A stretch of DNA of 9,990 bases from Octopus sinensis (lineage: Eukaryota). The position numbers and the translations under genes were made by a program. This document shows, one piece after another, positions 7,161-9,990 of this stretch (its first letter is position 1; every line of letters starts with the position of its first letter). The stretch is taken from assembly GCF_006345805.1 (NCBI RefSeq), contig NW_021827621.1, positions 1-9,990 on the forward strand, read 5' to 3'. The notes below the pieces were generated by a model that was not told the DNA's origin, did not search any database, and worked only from the letters and a program-made list of their open reading frames with translations.

Positions 7161-7587
7161 GGAGTGGGGGTGAAGGTTGGGGGTGGAAATCACTGCAAAG
7201 TTTATCTCAGAAAATCGCAACCCTGACATATTTAGACACTAACAGAATAACACTGACGTCATCAAAGTGACAAGGTAACAAAGGCAGAAGATCAGAGAGA
7301 ACATACTGGAATGTGTGAAACAAGGGATGTTATGGCGAACAACCAGGTGGAGTGGAATGTAACCAATATGATTCTAGCTAATAACATACATTCTTATCAC
7401 CAAACAGAACTGGTCTAGTTACTATCCGTTATAGGCATGCATGTATGCAGGGGAAGAGAGGGAAAGAGAGTTGAGTTAGTTAGTTAGGTAGATAGAAAGA
7501 AAAAAGGTAGTTGGATATAGGTAGAGATGAAGATAGCTAATAGAATGATACATAGATATATATTACGCAAAAAAAAAACACTAAAGG

Positions 7588-7589
<2 letters not shown>

Positions 7590-7624
<35 letters not shown>

Positions 7625-7773
7625 TGTGTGTGTGTGTGTGTGTGTATGTGTGTATATGTATATTATATATATCTATATATATATATATACACAAACACAC
7701 ATACATATATAAACATCTATATATGTATATATATATATATATATACACACAACACACATACATACATACATAT

Positions 7774-7825
<52 letters not shown>

Positions 7826-7925
7826 AAAACACATACATACATGCATACACATATATAGTGTATATTATATATAAACACAACACACAAAACACATACATAC
7901 ATATATAATTAGTATATAATATATT
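7590..7925. repeat. Compound (TA)n/(TG)n/(CA)n microsatellite block
   Basis: Directly visible. Source of six spurious ORFs in the track. Confidence 0.95.
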
Positions 7926-8289
7926 ACACAGGTGTGAATGTGTGTTGAGAGAGACAGACAGACAGAAGGGAAGATGTGGAAGGAAAAAGAGACAGACAAG
8001 GACAGACAGTCAGAAGGAGGGTGAAAGGGAGAGAGAAGGTGAGAGAGAGGCAGAGAGAGGGGGAAAAAGAACGAAGAATAAAAAAGTGAGAAAATACAAA
8101 AACTCAGTAGAATATCTAAAATAGAGTTACAAATGACAAGAAGCATTGCGTAATATGCCTGTCATTGTATGTACACTTAGGTGTATGTCCATCATATACT
8201 TACACACAAGTGAACATACACACACACACGCACACACACATGCGCGCGCACACACACACACATGCACACATACACACACCACACTCACC

Positions 8290-8665
8290 GTGGAGACGCA
8301 ATGGCCCAGTGGTTAGGGCAGCGGACTCGCGGTCGGAGGATCGCGGTTTCGATTCCCAGACTGGGCGTTGTGTGTGTTTATTGAGCGAAAACACCTAAAG
8401 CTCCACGAGGCTCCGGCAGGGGGGGTGGCGACCCCTGTTGTACTCTTTCGCCCCAACTTTCTCTCACTCTTACTTCCTGTTTCTTGTCCCCGACTTCCTA
8501 AGCAACCGCTGAGCCTGGATGCGCATTCATCCATCCGTCGATGCTCTCGGTGTCGGGGGTTGACCTGCTTTCTCTTCTGCGGGTCTTACAAATAGCAAAG
8601 GACCACGTTTCGGACTTCTCCCACTGGGACGAAGACCGCTTCGCTCGACAGCAACAGCAACAGCA
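8290..8665 (+). mobile_element. tRNA-derived SINE, family D (full-length, with (CAGCAA)3 tail)
   Basis: A-box TGGCCCAGTGG (8302-8312), B-box-like GGTTTCGATTCCC (8345-8357), tail at 8648-8665. 12-bp TSD ACCACACTCACC (8278-8289) / ACCACACTTACC (8666-8677), 1 mismatch. Inserted at the end of a (CA)n tract. Confidence 0.88.
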
Positions 8666-9126
8666 ACCACACTTACCAAATATATCATAGAGCATGTTGC
8701 TTGCTTGTTTGTTGATTTCTGTTTTAAAGCTGCAGCAAAGACATTTTTGATGAGAAAGCAGTGGTTATACTGAAAGAAGTGAAAATAGGCGAAAGCGGCT
8801 GAAACTGTGGTATCTCGTGATTTCAGTGTAATTTGCGCTTTCTCAGCAACAAGAACTCTGCTATCGAATGCCGCTGGATCGAAATTCCGTCAAACGGATA
8901 TAGTTTAACACTGACTCATCCATCAGTCAATGATGTCGCAAAAAGCTGGCAGGCGTCGAATAAATTTGCTATCAGTTAGGTAATTTTAGAGCTCAACATC
9001 TATACAAGGTGATTTTTCAGGCCGATTACCGCAGTTTACAGCGTTTAAAGCAACACATCCAAGTTAAGTTGGATGTACAAAATCATATTCATTAGAAAAA
9101 CTACTTCGGTCGTTAATAGTTTCGAT

Positions 9127-9565
9127 AGGAGCGGCTTTGTGGTAAGAAGTTTGCTTCCCAACCACATGGTTCCAGGTTCAATCCCATTGCGGGGCTACTG
9201 GATACATGTCTTCTACTACAGCCTCGGCCAAACAAAGTCTTGTGAGTAGAGTGGTAGGAGGAAACCGAAAGCCCATTGTATATACATATGTGTGAGCGTG
9301 TGAGTGTGTGCCTGCGTGTGCGTGCGCGTGTCTGTGTCTGTCTGTTTGTCTTGTTGTTTGTGCTTGTTCCCCACCACCACTTGCCAACTGGTATAGCTGT
9401 GTTTTGGTCCCCATAACTTTGCGGTTCGATAAAATAGATCGATAGAATAAGAACCAGACTTTAAAAAAATAAACAATAGGATCGATTCATTCAACTAAGA
9501 ATTTTCTAAGGCGGTGCCCCAGCATGGCCATAATCTAATTACTGAGACAAGTAAAAGATAAAAGA
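9127..9565 (+). mobile_element. tRNA-derived SINE, family B (near full-length, with internal TG microsatellite)
   Basis: A-box-like CGGCTTTGTGG (9132-9142), B-box GGTTCAATCCC (9175-9185). The two halves match the fragments at 2033-2131 and 3391-3702. Confidence 0.88.
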
Positions 9566-9577
9566 TATATACGAATG

Positions 9578-9722
9578 CATGTATGTGTGTGTATGTATGT
9601 ATGTATGTATGCATGTATGTATGTATGTACCTATGTATGTATGTATGTAGGCAGGTAGGTATGGAGATAGGTAGGTAGGTATATGTGAGTGTATGTATGT
9701 ATGTATGTATGTATGCCTACCT
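9578..9722. repeat. (TATG)n / (TAGG)n microsatellite
   Basis: Directly visible. Confidence 0.93.
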
Positions 9723-9780
9723 ACATATCTGTATGTGTCTGAGTAAATATGAGTCTATGTATATTTATATGTATATGAAT

Positions 9781-9936
9781 CAGGGCCCTTATTTTTGCGG
9801 CATTACAGGCCGCCGGGAAAATCAGTGCACTGGGCTCCATAACGTTTATTTATTAAAAGAACGCCAGGGCATATATAGATTCGAATTGTGGTCCTTGAAT
9901 AACTGCCCGGTGTACCCATGCCTTAAGACGGCGCTA
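9781..9936. mobile_element. hAT-type MITE (156 bp)
   Basis: Imperfect TIRs CAGGGCC--CTTA (9781-9791) / TAAGACGGCGCTA (9924-9936). 8-bp TSD ATATGAAT (9773-9780) / ATATGAAA (9937-9944), 7/8 identical. An 8-bp TSD is characteristic of hAT elements. Confidence 0.72.
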
Positions 9937-9990
9937 ATATGAAAACCCATATGTCTTTACACAATCATGTTTGTGTTTCCTCCACATGAC

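Noticed and set aside
8292-8365. tRNA gene (also the heads at 5576, 6385 and 9127)
   Set aside because: A and B boxes are present, but the cloverleaf is incomplete and each head continues into a SINE body, so these are SINE heads rather than tRNA genes.
7527-8398. Many overlapping 60-105 aa ORFs, and similar ones at 1379, 3348, 4172 and 4606
   Set aside because: Translations of TA/CA/TATC microsatellites or purine tracts.
8730-8985. Candidate exon(s): acceptors at 8729 and 8846, donor AG|GTAATT at 8979, frame NKNSAIECRWIEIPSNGYSLTLTHP...
   Set aside because: The only long frame ends in TAG at the donor, the others stop earlier, and no domain is recognisable. RNA-seq would be needed to support it.

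Overview
This window is AT-rich, repeat-dense animal non-coding DNA with no supportable host protein-coding gene. The long ORFs in the track are almost all translations of microsatellites, the 21-bp minisatellite or SINEs. From memory rather than a search, the SINE families resemble those of octopus/cephalopod genomes. The window is a nest of transposon fossils: a decayed Tc1/mariner transposase (29-897) interrupted by a Helitron 3' end and a SINE, four tRNA-derived SINE families (8 copies or fragments), a short Helitron-like element, a hAT-type MITE with an 8-bp TSD, two oppositely oriented pieces of an RTE-like LINE, and many microsatellites. The most striking structure is a ~31-unit, 21-bp minisatellite (6117-7009) lying exactly between the two LINE pieces. 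Its last unit occupies the position of the reverse-transcriptase catalytic [Y/F]ADD codons, which suggests the array was amplified from the RT active site at a LINE inversion junction and was later split by a SINE. There are also two unexplained ~65-bp direct-repeat pairs, one of which precisely flanks a SINE.
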